In this document: positions 32,353-47,520 of the stretch, piece by piece
Layout of the letters: each line of letters begins with the position of its first letter
Numbering within the stretch: position 1 is the first letter of the stretch
NCBI RefSeq assembly: GCF_000372725.1
Contig: NW_005201792.1
Coordinates: forward strand, 1,119,440-1,183,439
Direction: 5' to 3'
From: Emiliania huxleyi CCMP1516
Taxonomy: Eukaryota
Length of the DNA stretch: 64,000 nt
Notes under the pieces: generated by a model
Databases searched by the model: none
The model's input: the letters and a program-made list of their open reading frames with translations, nothing else
What the model was told of the DNA's origin: nothing
Made by a program: the position numbers and the translations under genes

Positions 32353-34794
32353 GATGAGGCATCTGCGCAGCCGTCTAATTCTCGTGATCGCCGCTGCGAG
32401 AGCCGCGGCGCTGCAGTGGCCCGACGCCTTGCCGGCACAACCAGCTCTGCTTGAGCGCGCACTCGCCGCCGCTACCGACAGCGTCGCCCCGGCCAGGCTC
32501 GCCGTGGCTGGCCACGTCACCTCGCGCCGTGTGCTCGGCCGCAATCTCGCCTTCGTCGACATCGAGTCGCTCGGCTCCAGCTCCGGCGGCCGTCTGCAAG
32601 CCATCCTGCGATCGACAAACGGGCCTGGCGCAGTGCCACGGCCCGAGGTCATTGCGCCGGGCGCAAGAGTCGCGCTGCTCGGCCGGCCTAAGCTCTCTCC
32701 GCGCGGCTCGGCGCTCCTTGTCACCGAGGAGGCCAAGCTGCTCACCGCAGCACCATCCGAGCACGGCTGCCGAGCCACCCTCACAGCGCTCTGCGAAGGC
32801 CGGATCAGCGTCGAGGCGTGCACGCGCGCGCTGTCGCCCGCGCGTGATGGCGATGCCAGCCGGAGCCTCGAGCGGCTGGTGCGCCTCGCAGCGTCCGGAG
32901 CTGTGCCGCATCCAGACGACATCGCCTCCCTCGTGCTTGGCATCCGCAGCACAGCTCCGGCCGCCGCGGTCGCTGCGGCGTGCGGCGTGCCACCGTCGGC
33001 AAGCGGTGACGACGCATCCGAAGCAGCCTCGATCGAGCGCGCCGTCAGCGCGGCAGCCGCGACGCTTGCGCATGCTGCAGGCGTGCCCGCCCCCAGCGCA
33101 CCCGCCCTTTCTGCCGCCGCCGCCGCCGCCGCCGCCGCCTCCTCCGCCGGCGGGGCGGGGTCTGGCGACAGCGTCTCAGTGTTCGTCGAGGCCGAGGTGC
33201 GGGGCCGGCGTCGCCTGGGCGGGGCAGCTCTGGTCGACATGGAGGACCTCGAGCCACGAGCGGAGTGCGGGGGGGGCGCCGCGACCGCACCCGACGCAGC
33301 GTCGCCGCCGCCCACGCCGCTGTTGCTGAGGGCGGTCCTGCACCGCTCGCTCTTTCGCGGCGGCGGGCGAGGCAACGCCACGGCGCGCCTCGACGTGTGT
33401 CGTTCCCTCGCGGCGCCCGGGGCGAGGCTGCACGTACGGGGCCTGCTCCGCCCGCCGCCCGCCGCGGGGTCCCCGCCGCTCCTCCTCGTGCTCGACGCGC
33501 GCCTCGTCCGCTGCGCCGGCGCGCCTCGAGCCGTGCGAGCAGCCCTCTCCGCCGTCCTCGACGGCTCGCTCGACGAGGGCGAGGGCGCGGCCGCGCTCCT
33601 CGAGCCGTCGCAGGGCGAGGGCCTCCGCGCGGCGCTGCAGGCGGAGGTGCAGGCGGACGGCGCCGACGGGCTGCGGTGGCGCGCTGCCGAGGTGAGCGCG
33701 CGGCTGCAGCGATTGCGGCCCTCCCCGTCGCTCGGCCGGTCCGCGCTCTTCCCTCGAGAGGTTGCGGCGCTCGAGGCGCTCGCGCCGCTGAGGCGCCGCT
33801 ACCCGCTCCAGCGCGGCGGCGCCTCGCCACAGGTGGGGCCGCCGCCTCGCGCCGCCGCCTCGCCCGCGCTGGCGCCGCTGCGCCGCGGGAGGAAGGGGTC
33901 CGCCTGGGCGGCGAAGAAGCGGCCGCAGGTCGAGTTCGTGGCGTCGCTCGTCGCCGAGTCGCTCGCGGCGCACCCGGAGTGGGGTCGGCGGCCGCTGCAC
34001 GTGCTCGAGGTGGCGGGGGGCAAGGGCGCGCTCGCCCGCCACCTCGCCGCCTCGCTCGGGCCGGAAGTCTGCTCCCCGCTCGACATCGACGCCGCCCGGG
34101 CTGAGCAAGGCATGAGCTCGACGCGTTGTCTACTCAGGCGCTCCGCGTCACGCTCGTCGACATCGACGCCGCCGCCGTCGCCTCCGCCCGCCGCGGGGCG
34201 CCTCAAAACTTGCGCTGCGTCGCCGCCGACGCCTCGCTCCTCGGCGAGGAGGCGGGCGGCGAGGCGGGCGGCGAGGCGGGCGGGGAGGGAAGAGGGCTCG
34301 CGGTTGGTCGCGTGGACATGGTCGTCGGCCTGCACGCTTGTGGCGGGCTGTCCGACCTCATCATCGCGCTCGCCGTCCGCCACGCCGCCGCGTTTTGCAT
34401 TTGCACTTGCTGTTTCCTCTCGCACCCGCACATGCTGCTGCCCGCGCCCCACGCCGCCGCGCCGCGTCTCCGGAGGGAGGAGTGGCTCGGCCAGAGCGGC
34501 GACCAGCTGCGGCCGCTGCTGCAGCTGGCGGAGCTGCAGGGCAACGCCGACGCGGCGCGCCTCGCCTCGCACTCGGTCAACGCGCTGCGGGCGCGCGCCG
34601 CGGAGGAGCGGTGGCGGGTATCGAGGCTCGGCGCGACGCCGCTGCGCGTGAGCCTGCGCTCGTTTGACGCCAAGTACAGCCCTCGGAACTTGTGCATGAT
34701 CGGGCGGGTGGAGGAGGAGGAAGGACCGGGCCTGGGGAGCTCTCGACTAACTAAAGCACAAGAGCCGCATCCGGCGCACATACACACGATGTAG
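32353..34794 (+). CDS. OB-fold plus SAM-dependent methyltransferase (Methyltransf_32-like) protein; intron 34067-34137
   Basis: OB-fold-like N-terminus (VAGHVTSRRVLGRNLAFVDI), VLEVAGGKGAL, VTLVDID, VVGLHACGGLSD, CTCC, YSPRNLC. Confidence 0.75.
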
Positions 34795-35775
34795 CGTGGT
34801 ATCTGTGTGTAGGTGTGCATAAGAGCACAGAGTGCAGAGAATATCGTGCGAAAAAAAGAGAATAAACCCTGAGCCAGGACTTTGCGGAGATCAGCAGGAG
34901 GATGTACGTTGTACGAAGAGATTAGGAGCAAGCAGGGGGACCCCTCGACGCGAGGGACCAACTGGAAGACGGCTAGTGCTAGTCCCCCATCGGGAGGACG
35001 ACCCCGGCTAGTCGCCGACCACACCCACAAAGAACCCTGCACAAAGATCGCAAGGGCGGGGACCGTTCCTGTTCCTTTTTACCCATCTCACAGTAGAGGG
35101 CGTCCTTTTATTCTAGTATGTGGGTTCATAGGACGCAGGTCTTGGCAGCCGCACGGTTGTAAGTCCCAGCGGCCTTTACCGGTAGCGCCGGGACGAGCCG
35201 GGACTTGTTGTAAGTCCCAGAGGGGGGGGAAGCGCTGCGGGCTGCTGGCGCACCGCGGCGGCCCTCATCCGAGCCGTGGTGCCCAGAGACGGAGCGCCGC
35301 GGGCCGCGTCGTCACCGTAACCATGTGTGGCCTCGCCCGACGGTCCCTCCCCTGGCCTTGCTGTGTGTGCGCCTCCCCTCGCCCTCGCCCAATCGCAACC
35401 GGTCCGCCTCCGCTTTCCCGCAGGCCAAAGTGGTCCAAGAAGTCGCGCTCGCGCAAGTTCTGCCGCGAGCGCATGCGCTTTGCCCCGCCGTACTCCAAGA
35501 GGACGCAGATTGGTCGGCATCAGTGGATGACCTACTGCCCGCGGCACGACAAATGCCAACACCGGCGGTGCATAGGACTAGCTACATGTCCAGCCCCGGC
35601 CGGCCCGGCGCCGGCGCGCTCTCGCAGCAGCCTTCTCGCCGTCTTCCCCGCACTCGCACGAGGCATGGCTGGCCCCTCGATAGGCGCCGCTGGTGCAAGC
35701 GACCTATGCCAAAGCAAGTGACGAGGCGGAGATGTACATTGTGCCTGTGATCGTGGTTCCTCGCAAGACAGCAGC

Positions 35776-36912
35776 ATGATTCGGTTCGCGCTTCCTCCCC
35801 CCTCCCCCCTCCCTCCCGCGGCCCCTCCTCGATCCACCTTCTCGCCCGTCCCCCGCCTCGCGCCGACTGTGCTCCTCAAGCCCTCCCGCGCCGCACGGTG
35901 GCCTCGTCGCAGATGGTTGCCTATGCGGTGGTGAGCGCCGTCGCGGCGGCCGCTGCTCCTCCGCCTCCTCTCCTCCCCGAGGCACCCCTCTCCCTGAAGC
36001 TTCCCGGAAGGCGTCCTCATAGGCGACGCTGCTGCTCGGCTTCACCGGCGCGCACCGCCACACAGCCACCCGTCCTTTCCGCCGCCGAGGGCCCCCGCGC
36101 GCTTCCACCCCAGCGAGAGTGGCGCCTTACCTACGGGGGGCTGGCCCCTGCGTCTTAGCAACCGGTGGCCCTACAGGCGTCATCATGGTCAACGCCTCGC
36201 GGACCAAGGAGGTGATGGACGGCAAGCTGGCGTGGCGGCTGCTGCCGATGCGGAGGATGCACTCGCACCAGCTCCGGCTGCAGTGCCTCCTCTTCCTCTG
36301 CGCGACGCGCATGGCCCTCGACGCCGCCATCTGCCTCCTCACGGCTCGGCACGGCGGTGCGCGCCCTCGCCCGGCCCTCAACCCCCCTGGCCCTCCCCCT
36401 CGAGGAATAGAGCGCTGCACGCGAACCCCCCCCCCCCGGCACCCATCCCTGCAGGGGAGCACACCCACCTCCTCGCCCTCATGCTGCTCGTCGAGTCCGC
36501 CATCGGCAACGGGCTCGAGCCGCTTGCCCTCTTTGTCCTCTTCGGCCTCGCCGAGGGCGTCTTCGACGGCGCGCTCATCAAGTGGATCGCCTCGCTCTGC
36601 GACTCGCTGTTGCTATGCCGCCGCCGGCCGCGCAGCTTCCACGCCGAGGAGGTGATGGACGCCGTGCGAGAGGCGGCCAGCACGACGGGGTACCACGTCA
36701 TCACGACGCCCGCTAGAGCAGCGCGCCACACCGCCGCCAGCCGCATCACGCAGCTCGTGGCTGCCAACCGCACGCAGCGGCGCTCCGCCTCCCTCCGCCC
36801 GCCGTTGCGTGCCGAGGCGGCGGACGCCCGGGGCGCCTCGCTGATGACGTGGCGGCACAACCCGGCTACCCCTCAGCTCTACCAGCGGCAACGTTCGCGA
36901 TCCTCGGTCTAG
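35776..36912 (+). CDS. Hypothetical membrane protein (multi-exon)
   Basis: Hydrophobic exon segments and a probable intron at 36358-36454. No family recognised. Confidence 0.4.
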
Positions 36913-37362
36913 TCGTCTAGACGGCCGTTGGGTGAACGCCTCTCTTCACGACCAGTTCGCGGTGGAATCGTATGCTCCCGAACTAGAAAGAAAACACCAG
37001 CGGCTCTCCGTGGCTTTGCAGCAGCAGGCGCTCGCTTCCCCACAGCTCTCACGGAGCCATCGCTGCAACGTTCGTCCGACTGCCCCCCTTCCACCCATCC
37101 GCACCACCTGGCCGGCCGCCAACACTGGAACCGGGCTGTGGGCTGCCAAGCCCAGCCCCCGCGCGAGCCGCCAAGAGCTCGTCCCCTGCCTCGGCGGGTT
37201 GCGGCCGCGCGGGGGCGTCGTGTACGGCCCGCTGTCGCCCCCCAGACACGTCGCACACCCCACGGCGCCCGTCGAGGAGTCCGCGGGTTACCCCCAGGGG
37301 GCGGTCGTTTGCTGCGCGGAACCGTGCGCTTTACCGCCCGCGCGCGCTCCCTCCAGGCAGCC

Positions 37363-37656
37363 ATGGCCAAGTCCACGAACCACACGGCGCACAACCAGTC
37401 GTACAAGAACCACCGCAACGGCATCAAGAAGCCGTTCGCCCTCAAAAAGGGGCAGAGGAGGGCGCTCAAGGGGGTGAGCCGAGCCCCTCCCTCCCTAGCG
37501 AGGCCCCCCGCGTGTTGCGCGCACCCCTGCCCCTGCTGGGAGCAATGGAGTCGTCTGCTGACAGCCCGCCGCGCCCCGCAGATGGACCCAAAGTTCCTGC
37601 GCAATCTGCGGTTTGCCAAGAAGCACAACGGCAAGGGGCGCGAGTCGGAGGAGTAG
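37363..37656 (+). CDS. RPL29: 60S ribosomal protein L29 (eL29); intron 37474-37581
   Basis: [24 protein letters not shown]...[19 protein letters not shown] with a GT-AG intron. Confidence 0.97.
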   Translation: MAKSTNHTAHNQSYKNHRNGIKKPFALKKGQRRALKGVSRAPPSLARPPACCAHPCPCWEQWSRLLTARRAPQMDPKFLRNLRFAKKHNGKGRESEE

Positions 37657-37952
37657 AAGCAGGCACTGCTGTGTTCTGAGAACACTGCAAAAACCGGCGC
37701 GTTCATGTTTGTCGTGGTCATATATCCTAGCTGAAAACCTGCGGCCTGGCGCGGCGCCGTTTCACCATACTCACCCACCCCCCGCCACAAGTCCAGCGCC
37801 TCCGGACGCCCGCGCCCGCCCGGCCGCCATGGCCCAAGTGCCCGCCCCCGCCGCCCCGGGCCCCCGCCCCGGCCGCCCGCGCGGGCCGGCGCGCGGGTGG
37901 CCGGGGCACCGGGCGCCGCGCGCGCTGGCCCGCGCCCCAGTGCGCAGTGACC

Positions 37953-38084
<132 letters not shown>

Positions 38085-38355
38085 GCCGAGCCTGGAGAGG
38101 CGGCAGGCGCGCGCGCGGACGAAACGCGCCCGCTCTTGCCTCTGCATGGCGCGCGGACGAAACACGCTCGCTCGCTTGCCTCTGCATACACCATACTCCC
38201 CACAACCCACCCACATAAGGACAAGCACACTTGCTTGGAACAATGAAAGAGAGAGAAAGTGCCGCAGTCGCTTGGATGGGCGGCCCCTGGGTGGGGGCCA
38301 CCTCGAACCCCAAACCTGGGTTTCGAGTGGAGGGTGCCCCGGATTCATCTACGTC

Positions 38356-40765
38356 AACAACAACTCCAACCCTCTCATTTGGGGCCTGGAGCCCTGTTCA
38401 CGCGCGCGCGAGACGTGCAGACAGGGTTGCCAGGTGAGAGCGAATGGCGCGGTTCACGCCTCGCACAACAGAGAGAGAGATGCGCTCTGCATGGTGGGAC
38501 ATAAAAGATAGCGAGTACTTGGGCGAGTAGGCCGTGCGGTCAACGCTGCCGCGCGCGACTTTGCGCGCGAGGCGGCGCAGCTTGAGAACGGCGGTGGGCG
38601 AGAAGCCGCCGCCGAACGTCTCGTGGAGCAGCAGGTTGAAGTTGTTGCGCTTGACAAAGATCGCGTCGTGGTAGAAACCGCGATGCGCCTTGACGTAGCC
38701 GTGGCCGGTCTTGTGGGAGAAGGGTTGGCCGGGCTGCCCGCGCGCCTTGCAGCCCATGTTTAGGCGGCGGGCCTTCTCTTCGGTGTTGCCAAAGGCGTAG
38801 GAGTGGCCAACGGAGGCGGGCGTGCCGCCACTCGAGGCGTTGCCAACGCCCGGCGAGGAGGTCTTGAGGAGGGGCGTCCAGAGCTTGATTTCATTCACTT
38901 CATCGCACCCCCCCGGTCCCGCGTGGGGTTATGCGAGGTCAGTCTTGTACCCCTCGTTGTACTGCCGGGTGAGCTCTGCTTTCTCCTTGTCGCCGTGCAC
39001 GACCGGCGCGTTGGCCGGGGCGCGCATCGCGTCCGCCCAGGGGGCGAGGACGCCGTCGTGGGGCCGCCGGTGGTGGGTCTTGTTGTAAAGGTAGTCGCCG
39101 AAGAAATCGACTGGCATGCCCCGCTCGAGCGCGACCCGAAGGGTGGGAAGCGCCGCGGAGAGCCAAAGGCCGAGCTTCCGCTGGAGCTCGTCCTGGAGGG
39201 TGTCGGAGGAGAGGGCGGTGGCGTACGTACCGTCGACACGGACATCGAAGGCCTTGCCGGCGAAAGGCGTTCGTTGAGGCGGAGACGAAGCGCGCGGCGC
39301 ACACACCTCCTTCCAGTCCGAGAGGGCGGACTCGTAGGTGGCGATAGCTGCGGCGATGGCGGGGTACTTGGACGCACCTCCCTCGTCGAGGGCGAAGTCG
39401 GGGTTGTGGGCGACGAGGGTGCGCCAGTTCTTGAGGAGCGACATGGAGAAGTCGCTGTCGGCTCGCGTGAAGACGGTGTCGATGTTGCACCCGCCCATCT
39501 CGGTCGGCAGCTGCGCCTGGAGCCACGCGAGGTCGCGGAGCGCCTGGGGCGAGGCGTCGGCGCGAGCAATGCTCTCAAAGGACTTGCGGATGCGGTTGTG
39601 CGCAAACTCGAGAGCCTCGCACGCGACATTGGGCGGCGTGACGCCGGCAATGTACTTGGTCTTTGCGCAGGCAATCCGTTGGACGAGGTTGAGGCGGAGC
39701 TGCGAGGTGTTCGTGACGCAGTCAGTGTCGACGATCGTGTCGATGACGTCGAGCGGCGCGAGCTTCTTCCTGAGGTGCGCGGTGAGCTCCTTTTTGCAGG
39801 CCTCAGGGTCGCCAAAGAAGGTGCCGACGGCCTTGAAGCAGTCCACTCGCCCCGTGGGTTTGCCCTCCTTGTCGCGGTGCGCCGGCGAGCCCCGGAGCCA
39901 GCCCGGCGCGCGCGAGAGGTCGCCCTCGGGCGAGTAGATGAGCGACTTGCTGACGCGCCGTCGAAGACGCTCGCTCCCTTCTTCTGCGCCTCGAGGAGGC
40001 CCTTTGGTCCGGAGTAGGAGGCGACGGCGCGCGAGGGCTCGTCGTTCTGGCAGATGTCGTCCGCAAAACCGATGAGGCGCATGGTCGGGTTGTCTTTTGT
40101 CTCCTTCTCTGCCAGGATCTCTTCTCAAAAGGAGCTAAACAGAGCCCCCCCAGAACTTCGTGGCAGATGTCGTGGAGGAAGCAGACGCTGAGGATGGTGG
40201 AAAGCGCACGTCCCTGGATGACCCCGCAGGCGGACTTGGCGTAGTTGGGGTCGTTGTAGTCGGGGCACTCGAGGCTGAGTGGGTCCCAATCGGCGGCGGA
40301 GAAGTCCAGGTCGTCGCCGTCGGCGGAAGGCAGCCGCAAGGCGCCCTCGGCCTTGACAAGGCGGATGAAGCTGGGCGTGCCCATGATGAGGCGAGCGACG
40401 GGTAGGAGGTCAGGGCGTCGCTTGCGGATCCAGTCGAGGAGCTTGACGCGCCCACAGCCGTTGGGGTCAGGCTTGTTGTCGGCCGTGAGCGCCTGGGCGA
40501 TCGTGTTGTATGGTCGCGTTCTCCGGCTTCGTGCCGTGCCACCCCGCGACGGTGAGTGCCGTACAGGTGAGTGCCGTTCTTGGAGAACGCGTAGTTCTTC
40601 GGGAAGTTGACTGGCGCACGGGCGCGCTCCTCCGCAGCCTCGGCCGCCTCGAGGTCGGCGAGAGCGGCCGTCGCCTCGGCCGAGCCGTGTCCGTGCGTGA
40701 TGCACCTCGAAGTGTACGCGGCTTCTGCGGTGGCGGTGTGACGGTGGCGTCCTCGAGTGCCTCTC
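38356..40765 (-). mobile_element. 5'-truncated, frameshifted CRE-like (RT + RLE) non-LTR retrotransposon with 8-bp TSD
   Basis: RT motifs GVIQGRALS and IGFADDI, QLP..MGG, RRPHDGV, EIK, LLHETFGG, HAERIS. Short (GTT)n 3' tail. TCTACGTC at 38348-38355 and 40766-40773. Confidence 0.85.
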
Positions 40766-40945
40766 TCTACGTCGGGCCCCGGTACCTTCATGAGAACTAC
40801 TGATCATGTTGCGCAGCAGCCGTCCCTCTGCCGTCCTTCGGCCGACGGCAGTGCGCTGCTGTCGCTCTGTCGGGCACGCTCTCGTGCTTCGTTCGTTGTG
40901 ACCCACCCTGTCCCCCGTGTGTGATCAGTGTCTACAGACGGGGAG

Positions 40946-41080
40946 TATCTTTGGGCCACGCTAGGGCGCTCGTTGCTCCTCCGTCTTTGGCTCACGCCAG
41001 GGCGCTCGTTGCTCCTCCGTCTTTAGTATCTTTGGCTCACGCCAGGGCGCTCGTTCGTTGCTCCTCCGTCTTTTGTATCT
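40946..41080. repeat. Three imperfect ~36-48 bp tandem repeats
   Basis: TCTTTGGCTCACGCCAGGGCGCTCGTTGCTCCTCCG units. Confidence 0.85.
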
Positions 41081-41145
41081 TCCATACTGCGTCTGCGATT
41101 TTTAGAAGACTGAATTGGTTTTTTGGGGGACAGCAGTTTTCTCTT

Positions 41146-42351
41146 ATGTGGAGGAGACGTCGATTGACGGTCTGGTCACTCCGCGCTCAACGCCCAACCA
41201 ATCCGCCCAAATTGCCAATAGTGCCAACACAGACTTGCAGCTTGGACCAAATGGCCTCAAAAAACTGGCCACAGCACGTTCTTGTGCGTGAGCCCGCCAC
41301 CCGCTGGGGCCTCGGGAACGGGACGCACGTGGTCGTGCAGGTCGCTCCCAGCGGCATTAGCTCAGAATCGTCCGGCTTTGTGTACGGGGGACCCTGCTGC
41401 GTGTCACAGAACGACACCGTATGCCAGCACCTCATGCCTTGCAGCAATGGCATCTCTGTGGTCGGCGATGGCCACGATGAGGCATGGGACGTCGTCGTCG
41501 CAAAATGCATTGACGAGCGAGCGGCAGCGGTCGATGCGTGTGCGACAACCATCCAGGTGCCGAAGGAACGCCGCCGGGGCGAGTTCTCCACGGCGGTTTG
41601 CGTGCCCTTCTTCTACGGCGAGATGTTCAACCCTCGCACATTCTTTTTCTTCGCGAGCTGGGTCGCCCACTACAGGTCTCTCGGCGCCAACAGGGTGTAC
41701 ATTTACTCCGAGGGTGCCGCGCCTGGCTGGGTTGCGAAGGCTCTGGCGATGCTTGGCACGGCAGAGGCGCTCGAGTTGGTCTGGGTCCACCTCGACTTCG
41801 ACTTCGGTAGCATCTGGTACCACGGCCAGAACTGGGCGCTCAACGACTGCCACAAGCGTTCGCTGGCAGACGGCTTCTCCTGGACCCTCTCGATCGACCT
41901 CGACGAGATGCTGGCCTTTGCCGCACCCCGCACCAGCATCGCAGAGTACCTCAAGTCCCTCGGCCGGGCCGTCGACGTGGTCGACTTTGGCTCAGTGGTC
42001 ACCCCCTTGACTCGGCGCTGCGGCTCGGCCCAAACTTACTACTGTGGTGCTCTCCCGCCGCCCAAGACGTCGCCGCTCAACGTACCCGGCAGCGTGACCT
42101 GCCATGACCCCGAGCTGCCGCCGAGGATGCCCTCCGCAGACCTGTGCATCCGGGCAAAGGGCCACCGCAAGCACCTCACCTCGACCTCCAGTGTGCTGAA
42201 GCTCAATATCCACTGGGTGGACACTTGCACCCCGAGGCGCGACTGCGACACCCACCACGAGAGCACTCACGTCGCCTGGCTCCGCCATATGAAGCCCTTC
42301 GAGAGTTTGATCGGAGGGGAGGCTTGCCCCGACTGCGTCGTTGCACGATGA
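41146..42351 (+). CDS. Glycosyltransferase family 92-like protein (start uncertain)
   Basis: AVCVPFFYG...WVAHYRSLGANRVYIY...YHGQNWALNDC...WTLSIDLDEML...IHW. Confidence 0.7.
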   Translation: MWRRRRLTVWSLRAQRPTNPPKLPIVPTQTCSLDQMASKNWPQHVLVREPATRWGLGNGTHVVVQVAPSGISSESSGFVYGGPCCVSQNDTVCQHLMPCSNGISVVGDGHDEAWDVVVAKCIDERAAAVDACATTIQVPKERRRGEFSTAVCVPFFYGEMFNPRTFFFFASWVAHYRSLGANRVYIYSEGAAPGWVAKALAMLGTAEALELVWVHLDFDFGSIWYHGQNWALNDCHKRSLADGFSWTLSIDLDEMLAFAAPRTSIAEYLKSLGRAVDVVDFGSVVTPLTRRCGSAQTYYCGALPPPKTSPLNVPGSVTCHDPELPPRMPSADLCIRAKGHRKHLTSTSSVLKLNIHWVDTCTPRRDCDTHHESTHVAWLRHMKPFESLIGGEACPDCVVAR

Positions 42352-42937
42352 CGCCATTCCCCTTTCGAAGTCGGACGGCAGGACCCGTCTCTTGCATGCT
42401 ACGTACTGTCAATAGAGCTCTACAAGACTGCACAGGGACCGCGACGCCTGCGACGCGCGCGCGAGCCTTGCTCTGCGTGTGCCGTTTACGCTATTGTGTA
42501 TTGAGTGTTGTACCACAGGCGCCTCTCTCTTGTCTGTGTTCTGTTGAGGTGTTGTCTCTTTTACACCCGGTCGGGCGCGGCGCGAGCTGTCTCAAGAGAT
42601 ATGCCAGTCGTACAGTAAATTCATGGGAAGGACGTCTCACATGCGGTATAGAGGGGAGGCAGAGCGCCACACACAGATGCGATGTACGAGAACTCTCACA
42701 CACGCGCCTGCCCTCACATCTCTCTCGTCTATATGACTCTCTGCCCCCCGCTGGAACTCCTACACCGGGCGTTCCTCCGGCCGCTTGCTCCCACAATCGG
42801 ACCTCCCCTAGGCTGTACAGTACGCGTGCAATCGCGCGGTGATGGGCGTCGATGGGCAAGCCGTTTTGACCTCCACCGCTACGGCAGCCCACCACCGGCG
42901 GAGCACTTCCTCTTGCTGCGCGAAAAGAGAGGAAGAC

Positions 42938-45780
<2,843 letters not shown>

Positions 45781-45954
45781 GGCGGCGGGCGGGGACCTGC
45801 GGTGAGGGCGTCGGCGCTCGCTCAGCGCCACTGCAAATACACATATATATTGGCGCGAGTGGCGCGAGTTGCCTAAGAGCGAATGGCGCGAAACCAAAAG
45901 AATTGCGAAGCGCCGTGGCGTTTTGTGCGGCTTGGTGTACCTGTGTTAGTGCCA

Positions 45955-46016
45955 GTGCGCGCCAGTCCCGTGCCCAGTGTCGTGCGAAGGAGCTGTGTTG
46001 TAAAATTCTGTCTTTC
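45955..46016 (+). mobile_element. Short 3'-end copy of the CRE-like element at 28062-29610
   Basis: GTGCGCGCCAGTCCCGTGCCCAGTGTCGTGCGA...GTTGTAAAATTCT matches the reverse complement of 28064-28119. Confidence 0.75.
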
Positions 46017-46029
46017 CGTTAAGCGTTAT

Positions 46030-46240
46030 CCAAATCCTGCTCGTGCAGGTGGGGACCCTGTCCTCCTCCCGCTCCCCCATCCCTCGTTTGGTTTGTCTGT
46101 TTTCTTTCTTTCTGTTTTTCCGTTGTAAGGAGCAGAGAACCCTGTGCCCCTGATCGTCCTTTCAAAATCCTGCTCGTGCAGGTGGGGACCCTGTCCTCCT
46201 CCCATCGTTCGAGCGTTTGTTTTTCCTTCTTTCTTTTTCT
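46030..46240 (+). mobile_element. Two tandem 3'-end copies of family B retroelement
   Basis: Both match 11570-11646. TTTCCGTT flanks the first copy (possible TSD). Confidence 0.8.
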
Positions 46241-46283
46241 CGCACAGGAGTCGCTTACTTGCAGAGAGAGATTTTTAGCAATA

Positions 46284-46718
46284 CCAACAACTCTAACACT
46301 CACACGTCATTTGGGGCCTGGAGCCCTGTTCACGCGCGCGCGAGACGTGCAGACAGGGTTGCCAGGTGAGAGCGAATGGCGCGGTTCACGCCTCGCACAA
46401 CAGACAACCAGAGAGAGAGATGCGCTCTGCATGGTGGGACATAAAAGAGAGCGAGTACTCCAGGGCGAGTAGGCCGTGCGGTCAACGCTGCCGCGCGCGA
46501 CTTTGCGCGCGAGGCGGCGCAGCTTGAGAACGGGCTCGAAGAACGGGCGGTGGGCGAGAAGCCGCCGCCGAACGTCTCGTGTTGCAGCAGGTTGAAGTTG
46601 TTGCGCTTGACAAAGATCGCGTCGTGGTAGAAACCGCGATGCGCGCCTTGACGTAGCCGTGGCCGGTCTTGTGGGAGAAGGGTTGGCCGGACTGCCCGCG
46701 CGCCTTGCAGCCCATGTT
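46284..46718 (-). mobile_element. 5'-truncated copy of the CRE-like element at 38356-40765
   Basis: High identity to 38356-38760 with small indels. Confidence 0.92.
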
Positions 46719-47181
46719 GTTGTTACTTGCATGCACATGCACATGCAGTCAGGCGGCTCCCACGCGCCACGGGTTCTGGTGTTCCTGTGTTTTTGTTGCC
46801 CTGTTTTTGGCCTTACCTCCCCGCTATATTCTCACTCGCACCGTGTCGCGTGCGTGAGAGAGAGATTAGATTTTCTTCTTCTTCTCGTGTGCGTGTGCCT
46901 AGACCCTAGGGTGGTGTCGCCAGCTATGCCTGTGTATGGGCCTCGAGGTATGGGCGTGTCCACGTTGGAGCCTCCAGGTGTGGCGCCCTGGGGGGGGGGG
47001 GAGAGAGAAGGGCACCATGAAGTACGACTCGCTGGTCTCTCCGCAAGCAAGGGCCAAGGCCTCCCGACCGACCTCGTCGAACTAACTAACTCATCGACGC
47101 GGGCTCTCTCGGCTATTACGCCTAACGGGACCGGATCTCTCTCGGGACTGGATCTCTCGGGAGGCAGCCGATAACGCTCAT

Positions 47182-47520
47182 TTTTTAGAGACGGCTCTCG
47201 AGCTCGACGCGAACGGAGGTTTCCGGATGAGACTCAAGAACGTCAATGAGGGCTGCGAGAGAGAGCCTCGGGTGTGGCGCTACCATCGCTGGGATAGCTT
47301 CACATGCGCGAAGATGAAAGAGGGAATAGTCGTTGGATGCCTGCTCAAGGTGAGTGCTATGGCGAGCGATGACGAGGGGTTCCTCAGCGTGACGAGCAAA
47401 CTCAGGGAGTTCATGGCGCTCGGATACCCTGCACACGTGCTCAACGGGGTGATCGGGCGCGCGTTTGCTCGGACAAAGGACGAACGGCTCCTACGAGCAA
47501 GACAGTGTTCGCAGTGGTGA
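47182..47520 (+). mobile_element. Penelope-like element RT C-terminal (motif E + thumb) fragment
   Basis: FLETALEL...RYHRWDSF...KEGIVVGCLLKVSAMASDDEGF...LREFMALGYPAHVL resembles the PLE thumb pattern (FLD..I; Y..F.S...K.G.....L.R....S....F...........GYP). Confidence 0.6.

Noticed and set aside
35150..35225. Duplicated GTTGTAAGTCCCAG, superficially like a twister ribozyme loop
   Set aside because: I could not build the remaining twister stems and pseudoknots. It is explained by a local duplication with a simple hairpin.
40946..41080. Repeats of CRISPR-like length
   Set aside because: Units are adjacent without unique spacers, there are no cas genes, and the DNA is eukaryotic.
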